From Sedimentisphaerales bacterium (GTDB lineage: Bacteria > Planctomycetota > Phycisphaerae > Sedimentisphaerales > Anaerobacaceae), in NCBI GenBank assembly GCA_963708075.1, contig OY970194.1, positions 2,848,001 to 2,912,000 of the forward strand: DNA of 64,000 bases, given 5' to 3'. This document shows, one piece after another, positions 20,367-31,576 of this stretch (the stretch's first letter is position 1; every line of letters begins with the position of its first letter). Both the position numbers and the translations under genes were made by a program. The notes beneath the pieces are model-generated. The model saw only the letters and a list, made by a program, of their open reading frames with translations, had not been told where the DNA came from and made no database searches.

Positions 20367-23300
20367 TCACTTGCCGCTGGGCTTGGCTTCGTTCAGCACT
20401 CGCTGCCGGTTGTTCGACAGCTCCTGACGCAACTGCGGATCGTCCCGCGCCAGGTCGATCGCCATGTCCAGATGCTTGAGGGCGAGGTCGTACTGTTTCT
20501 GCCGGAAGTATAGATTGGCGATGAAGTCGCAGGTCCGCGCCTGCCTGTCGCGGGGCAGCAGCGGCAAGAGGCGTTCGAAGACTTTGATCGCACTTGCGAA
20601 ATCCCCGCGGCTGGCATGCAATTCCGCAAGGTTCGTGTAGGCCGTGTCCAATCCGGGCCGCCATTGGATCGCCCGCTCGAAGGCTTTGGCAGCCTTCTCC
20701 AATTCGTTCACGTTCCTGTAGCAGACGCCGAGATTGTTCCACGCGGCCGCTTCGCCCGGGACGAGACGGATCAGTGCTTCATACTGCTCGGCCGCCTGCC
20801 CGTACTGGCGTAGCAGCAGGAATTTCCGGGCCAGGCGGTCCCTCAGCTCCTCGGAATCAGGGATCCTCGCGACCGCCTCCTCCAGGTCTTTGATTTCCTT
20901 GCGCATTTCGTCCAGGATGAAATCGACGTCGCGATCCTGTGGGTTGGCCTTCCGGGCCATCTCGAATTCTGCGTGCATGGTGTCGGGATCGCCCTGCAGG
21001 GCCCCGACGACGCCGCGCAGCGTACAGGCGGTTCCCTGGGAATACTGTTGCAGCACGAGTCGCGGGTCCTCCGGCTGGTCCGGCAGCCGTCCCGCGTTCC
21101 TCACGCAGGGCAGCACCGGCGAGTAGTATCGGCTGATGGCCTGGATTACGTCCAGCCAGCATCGTTCGCTATCGCGCTTGATCGCCGCCCCGAACTCCAG
21201 GTACGGCGTATCATCCCGGTGCAAAGGGCCCTCGCCTCCCAGGGCCTTGAGTCCCTCCTCACCGACCACGAACCAGTCGAGCAGGTCGTACACGCAATGC
21301 ACGTTGATGATCTTCAGGTCGCCGGCGATGTCAGGCCGGGCCAGGAGTTGCCGGATGCGCTGAAAATCCAGCTTCGTCGGCTCCAGCGTTCCGAGCAGGA
21401 CGCCGTGCTTGTTCAAGCAGTTGTTGACCATCCACAGCGAGCTGTGCGGCATGGCCGCCTGGAAACTTCGCACGATGATCTGAAAGTCTTCCAGCCGCAG
21501 GTCCAGAGGCACCCAGCAGGACAGGAGGCCACCAGGCTTGAGGCGGTCGCGACAGGCCATGAAATGATCGTACGTGTACAGGGCCGAGCTGCCCGTCGTT
21601 CCCGGGTACGTCGAATCGTTCATGATAACGTCGAACTTCTCATTCGTGAGCTTGATGAAGTTCTTGCCGTCCATGATGATCTTCCGCAGGCGAGGGTTGT
21701 CGTAGGAGCGACGGTTGATCTCATCGAAGAACGAGCCCGCTGTGAAGATATCGGGACAGATGTCCACGATGCTGTAGCGAGCGACGCCGAAGTCCAGGCC
21801 GATCCCGCATGTCTCACCGCTGCCATAGCCGATCTGCACGACATCCTGCGGCTTCTCGTGGACGAGCAGCGGCACGTACGCCTGCAGCTTCTGGGTGCTG
21901 CGCAGCATCAGGTCCATCCCGGCCACGTCGATGCCGTCCACCGCGATCAATCGATCTCCGTCGGGCAGGTCGTGTACGGTCACCGTGCCCGTGGTCCCGT
22001 CCTTGATGTACACGATCTTGCTGGGGTAGTGATACGTGTTCATCGTTCGCAGGAATACATCCTGTGGAATGAACAGAGCACTCGCCGTGATGACTGCGGC
22101 CGAGAACCGGCAACGCCGCCGTCGTCCACAAGATGCCTCGCCGGGCCGAAAGCAGAATCAGGAATATAGCCGCAAGGAAGAGAATGCCGACGATCACGAG
22201 AAGACTGTTGCGCATCCCCAGCCAGGGGATCATCAGGAATCCCGCGGTGAACGCGCCGAAGACACAGCCGACCGTGTTGGCCGCATAGACCTGTCCGACA
22301 CCCCGGCCCACGACGTGCCAGACCGGGGCGCAGGCCTTCACGGCGATCGGGAAAGCCACGCCCATCAGCAGCGTCGGGAGGAACATGATGGCCATCGCGT
22401 CGAGGAAATGAGCGGCCATGTCCGTCCAGAAAGACAATTGCCCGCCGACCACGCGATCCACCACATAGATGTCGATGCGCCACAACTGCCCCAGGACCGG
22501 CACGGAGCCGGCCACGGCCAGCGCCAGCAGGAACTCCACGATTCCCAGCGCGAACATGGGGTTCTTCAGCCGCGACACCAGCAAGGTGCCGGCAATCAGA
22601 CTCCCTACGGCGATGCCCAGGATAAAACACGTCAACATGCAGGCGAAGGCATACGCGGAGGTCGCCAGGACAAACACCAGCAGCCGTGTCCACAGCACTT
22701 CCAGCGCCAGGGCGCAGAAGCCTGCCAGGAACACGCTGAGCAGGACCGCGCGTCGGCGGCCGGTCGAATAGACGCAGGTGGGCTCATCCTTCGGGCTCAT
22801 CTCCACGCGGGCAATCTCCTGGGCCAACTGCTCCCGCTTCGATGTGTTGCGGACCACTCGCCGGGCCCGCAGAGTGAAGGACAGGAACAAAGCGGCCGCA
22901 CCGATCACCGCGTTCGCCGCCGCCGCCATGTAGATGGACGCGTTCACGCCCCAGAGGCGGATGAGGAAGTAGCCCGTGAGGAAGCTGCCGATGACAGCGC
23001 CGAAGGAATTGACGGCATAGAGCAAGCCGACGCTTCGCCCTGTGCTGGTCTCCGGCTCGCCATGAGCCGCGGGAATCGCCCACAACGAGCTGAGCATGGG
23101 CAGCGTGCCGCCCATGAAAGCCGTGGGCAGCAGGAGAATGACCACCGACGCTCCGAAGCGGACGAGATTCAAGAGGTAGGAGCCGGGTTGGTAGGTCTGA
23201 TAGAACCACAGGTAGAATTGATCGGCGTGCTGGAGGATCGTCGGGAAGGCGAACGCGTAGGCAGCGATGGCCACCTCTAGCGCACCATAGAATTGCAGTG

Positions 23301-23535
23301 GCCGGCGGGATCGGTCGGCCAGTTTTCCGAGCAGCCAACTGCCAACGGCCAGTCCCAGCATGAACGCCGTCAGAACTGTGCTGGCGGCCAGCACGGTGTT
23401 GCCGAAAACCGTCCCGAACAGACGCATCCAGGTGATCTCGTAGATCAAACCCGTCGCGCCGGAAACCAGAAATAGTACAATCGCCAGCTTGCGAACAATA
23501 GCGACGGCAGGTTGTGCTTGCGTAATGGGTTTCAC
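20367..23535 (-). CDS. Fused membrane domain/spermidine synthase-like protein with C-terminal TPRs, split by a +1 frameshift at ~22105
   Basis: SGATGLIYEITW, LYAVNSFGA, IGYGSG, DGKNFI..FDVIMND, TPR AWNNLG. ORFs 21814..23535 and 20367..22043 join as LPVSAAVITASALFIPQDVFLRTMNTY on removing one base of GAGAACC (22102-22108). Confidence 0.82.
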
Positions 23536-23700
23536 GACGACCTCGGCTTATAAAGCGTGATGTGTTTCGTAATTTGCCCGATCAGCCTTTCACCGCCGGC
23601 CGACCGAGCGATATGCAGCGTCTCCTCCAGGGTCTTGAGGGCTTCATCGGGCCGGCTTGGTGAAGCTGCGCCGGCAACAGCCACCACGCACAGTCCCCCC
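23532..23700 (-). pseudogene. Remnant of a TPR protein C-terminus
   Basis: ..RPDEALKTLEETLHIARSAGGERLIGQITKHITLYK resembles terminal TPR helices; no credible start. Confidence 0.35.
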
Positions 23701-23839
23701 ACGAGATTGTGAACCGATTTCCCCATGGGCCCCTTGAATTCACGGTCAATGTAACAGCCAACCTGGGAAGAAATTATACCCGCGCTGCGGCCACGGATCA
23801 AGCATTGGAAATCACAGAATGCGGGTGTGAGATTGGGTC

Positions 23840-24355
23840 TTAGGGCAGAAACGACGACAGATCCGTCGCATATTGGCGGAACTTCTCGGCGGGCAGGGTC
23901 ATGGTCTGCCATTTGGGGCTGCGGCGCTTCATGTGCCGGCAATAATCGTCCAGCCGGATACAGAAGAACAGATACGTGTCACGCTCGTACCTGAACGCAC
24001 CGTGGCCGTTGAAATCCACGTCCGCTTTTTCGATACGGTAGGTAAAAACCAGGACCGCCTCGTGATCTGCGCCGAGGGCTTGTCTCCAGGTTCGCAGGCT
24101 CTCAATGTCGTCGGCGGTGGCCCAGCAATCGAAGCCCTTGAGTCCCGCCAGTGTCGTGCCGTGGAATGTCCGCCCTTTGACCTCGACAATCACCTTCCTG
24201 TCGGGTTGGGGGTAGAGCAGGAAGTCGAAATTCTTGACGGATGCCGGGGGCAGCCCCGGCCGCTTGTGTTCCTCCGCACGAACGTACGGAATGCGACGGT
24301 CGATCAGCCAGTTCTCGAACGCTCGCTCGTAGTGGTTGGGAGAGAACTCTTTCAT
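23840..24355 (-). CDS. HYExAFE family protein (nuclease-like, planctomycete-typical)
   Basis: NHYERAFE, KNFDFL..IVEVKGR (PD-(D/E)xK-like spacing). Confidence 0.85.
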   Translation of the reverse strand: MKEFSPNHYERAFENWLIDRRIPYVRAEEHKRPGLPPASVKNFDFLLYPQPDRKVIVEVKGRTFHGTTLAGLKGFDCWATADDIESLRTWRQALGADHEAVLVFTYRIEKADVDFNGHGAFRYERDTYLFFCIRLDDYCRHMKRRSPKWQTMTLPAEKFRQYATDLSSFLP

Positions 24356-24402
24356 CGAATTCGCATCCCCGTTCTCTCAATTGCGGACTCAAGACTCAGG
24401 AT

Positions 24403-24496
24403 GGGTGGCAGCGGCAAGCGGAGCTTGCCGATGGCTCGTGGGATATGCGTCAACACCATCGGCAAGCTCCGAAGACTCCGCTTGCCGCTGCCACCC
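24403..24496. repeat. REP-like family A doublet (variant with compensatory changes)
   Basis: GGGTGGCAGCGGCAAG ... CTTGCCGCTGCCACCC. Confidence 0.88.
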
Positions 24497-24523
24497 ACGG
24501 CTCTCACCTTGACAGCGCCGATC

Positions 24524-25823
24524 TCAGGCACTCAGGCCCGCCAGGAACTGCTCGGCATTCACAAGTTGCTGCTCCCCGGTCGCCATGTCTTTCACGACAA
24601 GTTGTCTCTTGTCGATATACTCCTGCCCGAAGATTATACACTTCTTCGCATTCTGCCCGGCCCCCTCCTTGAGTTGCTTGGAGAGATTGCCGAGTTTGTA
24701 GGTGATGTTGGCTGAGTGGCCTCTTGAGCGAATCTGCGCCGTCACGCGGTACATTTCCTTGGTGAAGACCGGATTCTGCTCAGCAAATGCCACGAAGTAC
24801 TCAAGCTCTCGCTTGGGCACCTGCTTCTCCAGCAATCCTTTCTCCTGAAGCAGGATCTCCAGCACGGCGTCACCCATGCCCATCCCAGTGGCGGATATGG
24901 TGGGCCCGCCGAAATCCCGCAGCAGGTTGTCGTAGCGTCCTCCACCGCAAATCGCCCTCAGTTCCCCGGCGACATCGTGCACCTCAAAGACCATGCCTGT
25001 GTAGTACGCCAAGCCGCGCACGATGCTCGGGTCAAAGCAGCAATAGTCGCTGACCTCCATCCAGTCAAGAATGGCGAATATCTTCTTGAGGTCACGAACA
25101 GCATCAAGGACCTGCTCGTTCGCACCTGCCGTTTCCTCCACCCGCTCGATGGAGTCGAGGGACATGAAGTCCAGAATCCGGCGGGCCTGATTCGCGTCGG
25201 GCACCTGCTCGGCCAGTATCGCCTGGAACGTCTCCGGCGGCAGCTTCGGTTTCTTGTCGAGCACGGCATAGAGTGGATCGAGCTTGTCCGCCGGGATTCC
25301 GATGTTCGCAAGGACCGCCGCCAGGAGCTTGCGGCTGGAGATCTTGGCCCGGATGTCACTGGGGGTCAGACCGACCGTGCGCAGATAATCCAGGGTCGTG
25401 AAGATGACCTCGGCATCGGCCTGCCCGCTCCCATCGCCAATGATATCGAGGTTCCACTGGAAGAACTCGCGGAGCCGGCCCTTCTGCGGTTTCTCCGCGC
25501 GGCACAGGCGGGGCACGGAGAACCACTTGATCGGCCGGGGCAGAGCGTTGATCTGCTGATTGACCATGCGGGCCAGCGTCGGCGTGATCTCGGGCCGAAT
25601 CGCCAGGTCCCGGCCGCCGCGGTCCTGCAGCGAGAACAACTGTTCCACGATCTCCTGCCCGCTCTTGATCTGGTACATGGACAGATACTCGAAGATCGGG
25701 CCGTCATATTCCTCAAAGCCGTTGCGAATCGAGAACCTTCTTCCAACCGTCAATGATCCAGTTGCGGCGGGCCATGTCCGGTGGATAGAAATCCCTTGTC
25801 CCCTTGACCGGCGGTATCTTCAT
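24524..25823 (-). CDS. hisS: Histidine--tRNA ligase (apparent +1 frameshift at ~25734, likely artefact)
   Basis: MKIPPVKGTRDFYP from ATG 25823 (ATGA overlap with upstream gene), IRPEITP, RAEKPQKGRLREFFQ, VRGLAYYTG, GGGRYD. Frame restored by removing one base of GAGAACC (25731-25737). Confidence 0.95.
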
Positions 25824-26224
25824 GCCTTGCTCTTCCTGGCGTTCTTCACCATCTTGCGTTTCTCCGTGACATTGTTGTCGAACTTGATGCGGATGTACTC
25901 GTCCATCTCCCGGTCACTGGTGAAATGGAGCTCGTAATCGTACTCGCCCGGGACCGCGTCACAGTCCCCGTGCCTGTACTTGCGGCAGATTTTCGGCCGC
26001 CTGTCGTAAATCAGGCACTTGTGGTTCTTTTCCGACAGATGCCGGCACTTCCTGCTCACACTGAGATACCAATCCCCATCCTCGACAAAGATTGAGATAT
26101 CCTCGTGGCTAAGATACCAACGAATATCATCGTAGTCTTCTCTCGTCTCAGGTGTCTCAATGGGAAGCGCAAAGTACCGGCAGCACAAGCCCGTACACTT
26201 CTCGCACTGCCCTTTCGCAGCCAT
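25820..26224 (-). CDS. YkgJ family cysteine cluster protein
   Basis: CEKCTGLCC, CRHL, CLIYDRRPKICRKY. Confidence 0.9.
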   Translation of the reverse strand: MAAKGQCEKCTGLCCRYFALPIETPETREDYDDIRWYLSHEDISIFVEDGDWYLSVSRKCRHLSEKNHKCLIYDRRPKICRKYRHGDCDAVPGEYDYELHFTSDREMDEYIRIKFDNNVTEKRKMVKNARKSKA

Positions 26225-26370
26225 CTGTAGATCCTCGTATCTGTCATCATAGGCATACTCTCTTCACGAAACCGTTACTATATGCCATGCCCCCTGTATC
26301 GTCAACAGAGGCAAGTGCTGCCTCCGGGGACGTGCGCGACTACGCTTCGTGGGGGAGCTGTCCGGATTTA

Positions 26371-26490
26371 TCATGCTGAGTGAAGCGAAGCATCTGGCCC
26401 ACGAATGAAACCAACGCTTGTTCCCTTGCACAGCGGAGATCCTTCGCTGGCGCTCAGGGCCTGCCCTGAGCATAGTCGAAGGGATGACAG
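26371..26490. repeat. REP-like TCATSCTGAG..GAAG(C/G)ATCT palindromic pair; related copy at 34863-34957
   Basis: TCATGCTGAGTGAAGCGAAGCATCT ... AGATCCTTCGCTGGCGCTCAGG..GATGACA. Confidence 0.6.
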
Positions 26491-26865
26491 GATGGATACA
26501 CGGCCCCCCCCCACGAAGATTAGCCGCACACCCGGGGCGCCGCCTGTGAGGTTTTCCCAGTGCCGGGATGGGTGTTCAGCCGGCGTACGGAGAGAAGAAC
26601 AAAAAAAATCGCAAAAATCGAAGCTCGACCTGTAACGTTTTCCTCTGTGCACAGACCTACAAGTGAAAGCTTCGCGGGCCTCTGCGAAGGCCATGCGAAG
26701 TGTGCTACGCGTGGTTTCCTCCACACGAAGGTGGGCTGCACAGAGAAAAAAGGACAAACGCCCATGCGGCCCCGCTGGTCCCTGGACCCGACCCGGCGGG
26801 GCCGCACCTTCCTTCGCTCGTCTTGATCCCCGACGGGAAGATCCGTGAAAAGCGATGCATTTTCT

Positions 26866-26954
26866 GGGTGGCAGCGTCAAGGCCGAAGGCCTTGGCGATG
26901 GCCGTATCGCATCCCAACAAGACCATCGCCAAGCTTCGCTTGACGCTGCCACCC
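26866..26954. repeat. REP-like family A doublet
   Basis: First arm nearly identical to 16228-16263. Confidence 0.9.
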
Positions 26955-27001
26955 GTCGTATTTCACGAGGCGGTAATCCCCCCGACATTCTGTTTGGTCT
27001 C

Positions 27002-28015
27002 TCACGCACACCAGGGACGGGTACGCTTGATATCGCCCGCGAGGACATTCTGCGCGATGATGGTGTCCTCGCGCACCTGGAAATCGAACATGCCCACGCA
27101 GAGGAAGTCCGCGCCGCCCTCGAAGGCGAATTTGAAGCCTTCCTGCGGTCGAACCGCTCCGGCGGCCAGAACCTTGAACGCGATCCACGGCTGCTTCAGG
27201 GTCGCCATGTATTCGATGGTTTCCTGGGGATTGCGGCAGTACATGTTGTCGTGGTACTGGTTGTGATCATTGCTGCCGGGCCCGACCACATCGAACACCT
27301 TGCGGTTCTCCTTGGGTGTGGCGGACCAGTAGTTGTCCGGGTGGAGCGTCTTGACCCAGAAATCCGGCTGGAAACCGGCGTTTACACAGGCCTTGATCGT
27401 CTCCAGATCGTGTGCACCGAGCCCGCCGGGGACATTGAGACTCTTGATATAGTCCAGCGCCTCGCCGAGAGCTGCCGTCTTGCCATCACGCACAGCCTGG
27501 TCGGCCAAGCCGCCCTGGAAGTACACGGCGTGGGCCCCGCTATCGACGGACCGCTTGATGCCCTCCTTGATGTCCTTGCCCGAGGCACAATCGGAGAACC
27601 ACTGAATCTTGCCGCCCCGCTCGTTCCAGTAGCGGTTGATCACCTTGTCGGAGACGGGATTGGTCAGAACCGTATTGATTCCACGCTCCTCGGCTATTTC
27701 CAGCGTTTCCATCACCTTCTCATCGGTATGGTAGGCCTTCACGAGCGAGCTGACATACATCAGGTCCCGGCTGTGGGCCCAGCCGCCAATGAGGTTGCCG
27801 CCGCAGAAGATCCGGCTGACCGTCAGGTTCTTGATCTTGCCGCAGGGCATCTTGCTATCGGAGGTTTTGGCCTTCTCATCGCCCGGCTTGCCGCCTTCGG
27901 CCATTTTTGCCAGCAGGTTCTTCTCCTCAAAGCTGCTCAGCCCCAGGGCCACGCCTGCCGATGCCGCCACCGATCCCTTGATGAATCCGCGTCGATTGAC
28001 TTCTCTCTCCGACAT
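27002..28015 (-). CDS. Tat-exported aldo/keto reductase-like protein, paralog 1
   Basis: NRRGFIK signal; SRIFCGGNLIGGWAHSRDL; PWIAFKVLAAGA; GADFLCVGMFDFQ. Confidence 0.75.
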   Translation of the reverse strand: MSEREVNRRGFIKGSVAASAGVALGLSSFEEKNLLAKMAEGGKPGDEKAKTSDSKMPCGKIKNLTVSRIFCGGNLIGGWAHSRDLMYVSSLVKAYHTDEKVMETLEIAEERGINTVLTNPVSDKVINRYWNERGGKIQWFSDCASGKDIKEGIKRSVDSGAHAVYFQGGLADQAVRDGKTAALGEALDYIKSLNVPGGLGAHDLETIKACVNAGFQPDFWVKTLHPDNYWSATPKENRKVFDVVGPGSNDHNQYHDNMYCRNPQETIEYMATLKQPWIAFKVLAAGAVRPQEGFKFAFEGGADFLCVGMFDFQVREDTIIAQNVLAGDIKRTRPWCA

Positions 28016-28046
28016 AACCCACTCCTTCTCAATAAGGCTCGTAAAT

Positions 28047-29024
28047 CTACGACCGCCACGGGCGCGTTCTGCCGACCTCGCCGGACAGTATATTCTTCGC
28101 GATGACTACGTCCTCTCGGACCTGAAAATCGAACATGCCGACGCAGCAGAAGTCGGCACCGTTCTTAAACGCATGTTTGAAACCCTCGTTCGGCTGAATC
28201 GCCCCGGCAGCCAGGACCTTGTACGCAATCCAGGGCTTTTCCACCTTTGCCATGAACTCCGCCGTCTTCTCAGGCTCCTTGTCCCAGTAGTTATCCACGT
28301 TATAGTTGTCGATCACGTCCTTGTTCTGGTCCGGCCGGCGCTTGGACCAGTACTCGGTGCTGTGATGAGTCTTCATGTAGAAATCGGCAGGCAGCTTCTG
28401 CTCTTCGCAGAGCATGGGCGTGCCGAGATTATGCCCGCCGACGCCGGTGATGACCCCCTGGCTCTTGACGAAGTCGAGGAACTTGCCGATCTGATCGGCC
28501 TTTCCCGCCCGAGACCACTCGTCGCCGACATTGCCGATCAGAAACGCCCCGGCCGCCCCGCCATCGACGGCCTTCTTCACATCGGTCTCCAGATCGTCCG
28601 CCTGGGGAACGCACTGCGCCAGCCACTGGATCTTGCCCCCCCGCTCATCCCGGTATTTCTTGAGCACGGCGGTGGAATTGGTGCCCGTGATGATCGTGTT
28701 GATGCCGTTCTGCTCGCAGATTTCGAGGGTCTCAATGATCTTTTCATCGGTGAAGTAGTGCTTCAGCAGCGGCGAGACGTAGATCAAGTCCCGGCTGTGG
28801 GCCCAGCCGCCGATCAGATTACCGCCGCAGATGAGCCGGCTGATCGTCAAAGTGCCGATCTTGCCCGCCGGCAAACCCTGCACACCCGTCTCCATGGACA
28901 CTTTGGGGGTGCTCGTCGTCGCCCCCAAAAGGGCCTGTTCCTCCAGACTCAGGGCCGACAGAGCCGCCGCAGAACCGACAAGGGAGGTTTTCAAGAATTC
29001 ACGCCGATCCAGGTTGCCTGACAT
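28047..29024 (-). CDS. Tat-exported aldo/keto reductase-like protein, paralog 2
   Basis: DRREFLK signal; same conserved blocks as the neighbour. Confidence 0.75.
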   Translation of the reverse strand: MSGNLDRREFLKTSLVGSAAALSALSLEEQALLGATTSTPKVSMETGVQGLPAGKIGTLTISRLICGGNLIGGWAHSRDLIYVSPLLKHYFTDEKIIETLEICEQNGINTIITGTNSTAVLKKYRDERGGKIQWLAQCVPQADDLETDVKKAVDGGAAGAFLIGNVGDEWSRAGKADQIGKFLDFVKSQGVITGVGGHNLGTPMLCEEQKLPADFYMKTHHSTEYWSKRRPDQNKDVIDNYNVDNYWDKEPEKTAEFMAKVEKPWIAYKVLAAGAIQPNEGFKHAFKNGADFCCVGMFDFQVREDVVIAKNILSGEVGRTRPWRS

Positions 29025-29145
29025 GTCGTGCTTCCACCTCAAAAGTACATTTCATGCGGGGCCTTACCCCGATAACGGCAGCTATCTTACCACGAATCAG
29101 GCAGGACTTCAATGGCTCCCCGCCCAGCCTGCCTGACAAAGAGCG

Positions 29146-29337
29146 TCACTTGAACTCGGGCGGGATGCCTGCCTGTTTGCAGATTTCGTTGGCCGTGATG
29201 CGGTCGAACTGTCTGTGGCGTTTGACCGGGACTACTTTGACGTCACTGGTGTAGATGGAGTGGTTACCGCCTTCCCTGAGCAAGCGGAAGCCGTTTGTCT
29301 CCAGATGACGGATCAGATCACGTCGCTTGACTGACAC
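29146..29337 (-). CDS. hicA: HicA family toxin
   Basis: KRRDLIRHLETNGFRLLREGGNHSIY..VPVKRH..ICKQAGI; GTG start at 29337 overlaps the hicB end. Confidence 0.88.
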   Translation of the reverse strand: MSVKRRDLIRHLETNGFRLLREGGNHSIYTSDVKVVPVKRHRQFDRITANEICKQAGIPPEFK

Positions 29338-29554
29338 GCTCAACCTCGACCGGGAGTTGCTCGATAAGGGCATTTCCCGCGGGGATTTCCTTGCCCAGTT
29401 GCGCGTATGCCAGCACCATCTCGCGCAAGGCATCCCGAAGCATGGCCCGGCATTCCTCCAAGTCCTTGCCTTCCGTGACAACTTCGGGCCACTCGACCAA
29501 CTGCCCCAGGTAGCCGGAGTCGATCTTGGTATATCTGGCAGTGTAGCTGATCAT
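29318..29554 (-). CDS. hicB: Short HicB family antitoxin
   Basis: YLGQLVEWPEVVTEGKDLEECRAMLRDAL..GKEIP. Confidence 0.88.
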   Translation of the reverse strand: MISYTARYTKIDSGYLGQLVEWPEVVTEGKDLEECRAMLRDALREMVLAYAQLGKEIPAGNALIEQLPVEVERVSQAT

Positions 29555-29641
29555 CGCGCTGCAATCTCCCGAAAACAGTAGTCGATTTCGAAGTAGTCTA
29601 ATCGTTTTGCCGGCATCCGTCAAGTCCACGCAAAGGCCGAA

Positions 29642-31372
29642 TTACCGCGCGCCCGGACCCTGTGCATGAACCGAGATTTCGGCCCAGTGGGCGGCTTCGA
29701 AACGCCAGCCGGTGGGCTCGTTGACCAGCTCCAGCTTGACGGTCTGGCCGGAATAGGGCAATAGATCGACAGTCACTTCGGTCCAGCCCAGAGTGCAGGT
29801 TCTCGGGGCCAATGGTCATTCGAAGAAGTTGCCGGCCATTGGCCTTGACGATCAGGTCCCAATCGCCGCGAGGATCGTGGCCTACCACCAGCTTCAGGGT
29901 GCTGACCTGGTTTGCCGGCAGATCGACGGTCCGGCTGATCACGCAGCCGACGGTCTCGCTCAATGGATGGGTCACCAGCACGTTCTTCTTGCCACGCACC
30001 TCGTCCTTCAGGCCGGGGTCCATCTCCTCGCCGCACTTGGTCACCTTCCAATCCGGCGCGAACTTCGCCATGGCCTTGGAAAGGTCCTTGCCGGCGTCGG
30101 CCGTAATCTGGGCCATCTCCTGTTCTGTGTACTTGCTGCCCATGGCAGGTCCTGGCTCCCAGCACTGCTCCAATGCACTCGGGCGGGGCCTCTGCCTGGG
30201 GATCACGAAGTACTCTCTGCCTTGCTTATCGGTCACAATCTTGCCGCCGCAGTTGACCACGGCCTGGCGCGCAGCTTCTCGCATACGCCAATCATCGTGG
30301 GGAAATCATACGGCGTGTGGCTGAATTTGCCCGTGGGGTCCAGGGCACTGGAGAACTTCTCGGGCAGGTTCCTGAACCCGATCGTTGTGAACAGGATGCC
30401 GCCGGCGTTGGACGGGTTGCAGTCGGAATCCAGGCCGCACCGCATCGAGATGACAATCGTCTTGTCCGGATCGCCCCGGCCATAGAGCAGACCCATGACG
30501 ATGTACGCGCCGTTGATCTTGGCATCGATGTTGAACTCGTCCTCCGGGCCGGTGCACGAGAACCGGCGGTTCTGCGGGCTCAGTTGGTATTTCTCGTTGA
30601 TCAGTTGCCAGGTCTTGGACCAGTCGCTGGGATACTCCTTGTACCACCGGACCACGTCCATGATGCACTCGTGGTACTGGCTCTGCGGCGGAATGCACCG
30701 CAGCCCCGCCTCGACGACCCTTACAATGTCCGTTTCGAAGAACGCCTCGGCGTACATGCCGGCGACGAACTGGCCGCCGTATAGGCCATCGCCATAGTTC
30801 ATCAGGCGTCCGAAGATCTCGCCCAGCTCGATGCCGACATTGGGCAGGCCCGGTGAGATCAGGCCCGAGTAATCGGCCTCGATCTGGTAATCGATGTCGT
30901 CGGCGTGCTTGTTGAACTGCGGATGTCCCGAGTCCGGCGGCGCGATGCCGGCCCGCAGATTGTCCCGACCGGCCTTGTTGGCGTGCCAGAGCGGATAGCC
31001 GCTGTTGGCGAAGTCGATGCCGGCCTGCCGGATCGACACCCCGAACCCATGCTGCTCCAGAGTCCGCAGGAACGTCATCTCCACATAGATGTCATCCTGC
31101 TGGAACTGGTTGATGAGCTTCGGCTCCCATTCGGGCACCTTATCTTCAGGTATGATGACGCCCTTGTAGCGGAACTCCGTGGGTGCTCCCCAGCCCACGC
31201 CGGCCATCTGGCCGACCCACCCGGCCTTCATCTTGTCCACGTAATCCTCGACGCTGATGCGCCGCTCCCCCGGCTGCAGCATAGCCGGCCGGCTCTCCTC
31301 CCGGCCCGCACACCCGGACAATACGACAAGAATGGAAACGACAGCCACAGACAGGAATAGATGCCGGTTCAT
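29642..31372 (-). CDS. ADP-ribosylglycohydrolase family lipoprotein with C-terminal extra domain; two frameshifts (-1 at ~30271, +1 at ~29800)
   Basis: Lipobox LSGC; GWGAPTEF, QDDIYVE, DIDYQIEAD, GLDSDCN. Corrected C-terminus ...IGPETCTLGWTEVTVDLLPYSGQTVKLELVNEPTGWRFEAAHWAEISV ends at TAA 29642. Confidence 0.8.
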
Positions 31373-31576
31373 AAGAAACCTCCTTCAGCCCAGACCCCAA
31401 CTCGTAGGAGCCACCCCCTACTACCCGCCCACATATATCCCCGCTGCCGCCCCCAGTAAAGCGAAAATGCCGCCCGGCTCATGTGACGACGCCATCCTGC
31501 CCTTGTCCCCCACCCGACCCCACATAATGAGCAGCACCCTCACCAGGGGCTAGCCGAAGTCCTTCAGCAGCGACTG

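Noticed and set aside
25731..25737. hisS as a pseudogene or programmed frameshift
   Set aside because: Normally essential gene with all motifs intact and no slippery run; shares the GAGAACC context with four other breaks, so an artefact is more likely.
13869..26954. Recurrent palindromes as a CRISPR array
   Set aside because: Dispersed inverted doublets, not regularly spaced direct repeats; no cas genes in the window.
30265..30278. -1 frameshift in the ADP-ribosylglycohydrolase gene as part of the GGTCTC pattern
   Set aside because: It is a missing base in a GCGCGC context, not at the motif; treated as an ordinary indel.
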